NCBI GenBank assembly: GCA_964016885.1
Contig: OZ024762.1
Span: forward strand, 30,194,001 to 30,258,000
Reading direction: 5' to 3'
Length of the DNA stretch: 64,000 nucleotides
Source: Eledone cirrhosa
Taxonomy: Eukaryota
A program made the translations under genes and the position numbers. The notes beneath the pieces were generated by a model. The model was not told the origin of the DNA, did not search any database, and was given only the letters and a program-made list of their open reading frames with translations. Within the stretch, counting starts at the first letter, position 1. Each line of letters opens with the position of its first letter. Shown piece by piece: positions 62,821 to 64,000 of this stretch.

Positions 62821-64000
62821 TAGCTGTCAGAAGTAACTCCAATGTTGGTGAGAATTCATTTAAGTTCATGGTATTAGCTGTCAGAAGTAACTCCACTGTT
62901 GGTGAGAATTCATTTAGGTTCATGGTACTAGCTGTCAGAAGTAACTCCACTGTTGGTGAGAATTCATTTAAGTTCATGGTATTAGCTGTCAGAAGTAACT
63001 CCACTGTTGGTGAGAATTCATTTAAGTTCATGGTACTAGCTGTCAGAAGTAACCCCGATGTTGGTGACAATTCATTTAAGTTCATGGTATTAGCTGTCAG
63101 AAGTCGCTCCAATGTTGGTGAGAATTCATTTAAGTTCATGGTATTAGCTGTCAGAAGTCACTCCACTGTTGGTGAGAATTCATTTAAGTTCATGGTACTA
63201 GCTGTCAGAAGTAACCCAATGTTGGTGAGAATTCATTTAGGTTCATGGTACTAGCTGTCAGAAGTAACTCCACTGTTGGTGAGAATTCATTTAAGTTCAT
63301 GGTATTAGCTGTCAGAAGTAGCTCCACTGTTGGTGAGAATTCATTTAAGTTCATGGTACTAGCTGTCAGAAGGAACTCCACTGTTGGTGAGAATTCATTT
63401 AAGTTCATGGTATTAGCTGTCAGAAGTAACTCCAATGTTGGTGAGAATCCATTTAAGTCATGGTACTAGCTGTCAGAAGTAACTCCACTGTTGGTGAGAA
63501 TTCATTTAAGTTCATGGTATTAGCTGTCAGAAGGAACTCCACTGTTGGTGAGAATTCATTTAAGTTCATGGTATTAGCTGTCAGAAGTGTCTCCACTGTT
63601 GGTGAGAATTCATTTAAGTTCATGGTACTAGCTGTCAGAAGTAACTCCAATGTTGGTGAGAATTCATGTAAGTTCATGGTATTAGCTGTCAGAAGTAACT
63701 CCTCTGTTGGTGAGAATTCATTTAAGTTCATGGTATTAGCTGTCAGAAGTAACTCCACTGTTGGTGAGAATTCATTTAAGTTCATGGTACTAGCTGTCAC
63801 AAGTAACTCCACTGTTGGTGAGAATTCATTTAAGTTCATGGTATTAGCTGTCAGAAGGAACGCCACTGTTGGTGAGAATTCATTTAAGTCATGGTATCAG
63901 CTGTCAGAAGTAACTCCATTGTTGGTGAGAATTCATTTAAGTCATGGTACTAGCTGTCAGAAGTAACTCCACTGTTGGTGAGAATTCATTTAAGTCATGG

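Larger units (their letters stand above)
1..64000. repeat. Satellite-type tandem array of 54/53-bp monomers (~1,190 copies), single orientation, extending beyond both window ends
   Basis: The monomer ATGGTAYTAGCTGTCAGAAGTAACTCCACTGTTGGTGAGAATTCATTTAAGTTC recurs from base 1 to 64000 (a full copy is at 361-414). The 53-bp form ends AAGTC instead of AAGTTC (e.g. 356-360). Most copies differ from consensus by 0-3 nt. I saw no non-repeat sequence. Confidence 0.99.

Noticed and set aside
354-63866. Minus-strand ORFs (MNLNEFSPTVELLLTAS/NT)n, suggesting bidirectional coding
   Set aside because: They are the antisense reading of the same monomer, broken by the same indels and by common variants such as AGTCAC (TGA on the minus strand).
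38-63966. Plus-strand ORFs encoding (MVLAVRSNSTVGENSFKF)n, up to 470 aa at 30161-31573, as a repeat protein or glycoprotein with NST sequons
   Set aside because: 54 is divisible by 3, so any stop-free frame yields long ORFs, and about 2 open frames of 6 is expected by chance for 18 codons. Frameshifting 53-bp monomers and in-frame TAA variants (9386, 11592, 41510, ~51946, ~52000) are freely propagated. There are no unique termini or expression signals. The commonest SNP (CTA/TTA) is synonymous, but many frequent ones are not.
1-64000. CRISPR array, or a cassette array for a diversity-generating or antigenic-variation system
   Set aside because: There are no unique spacers: the variable 12-bp segment differs by only 1-2 substitutions and its variants recur by duplication. 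No cas, reverse transcriptase, recombinase or expression locus is present in the window.
1-64000. Programmed frameshift or phase-variation switch at AAGTTC/AAGTC
   Set aside because: There is no homopolymer tract or slippery heptamer, the indel is inherited with linked variants, and no gene exists for it to control.
1-64000. Technical concatemer (rolling-circle amplification, adapter multimer or synthetic array)
   Set aside because: Hierarchically shared variants at many different offsets indicate an evolutionary history, not one template with random errors. Individual exact duplications could still be assembly errors.
1-64000. Tandem tRNA, 5S, spliced-leader or snRNA genes, telomeric repeat, or CENP-B box
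   Set aside because: The 54-bp unit has no cloverleaf, no convincing Pol III A/B boxes, no G-rich telomeric motif and no TTCG....A..CGGG box.

Overview
The whole 64-kb window is one uninterrupted, head-to-tail, single-orientation tandem array of a 54-bp monomer with a common 53-bp variant. That is about 1,190 copies (64000/~53.8), and the array runs off both window ends. The consensus is ATGGTA(C/T)TAGCTGTCAGAAGTAACTCCACTGTTGGTGAGAATTCATTTAAG(T)TC, 37-39% GC, with one EcoRI site per monomer. I see no unique sequence, gene, RNA gene, transposon, inversion or CRISPR spacer. Every ORF in the track is a by-product of an 18-codon monomer that is stop-free in one frame per strand, and most + strand ORFs end at the 1-bp frameshift of a 53-bp monomer. 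The information lies in the arrangement of monomer variants: a conserved cyclic order of variant blocks (about 3 kb, ~57 monomers), overlaid by nested duplications at offsets of 323, 540, 701, 1234, 1450/1505, 1668, 2206, 2263, 3009, 3119, 3229, 5430, 6730, 7798 and 8014 bp. Some rare variants are shared by the two ends of the window and missing from the middle. This reads as a highly homogenised satellite DNA with irregular higher-order repeats, most typical of eukaryotic heterochromatin or centromeres. I cannot name the family or the organism, and the sequence does not support a novel protein-coding system. Duplication boundaries were read by eye and are accurate to roughly 1-2 monomers.
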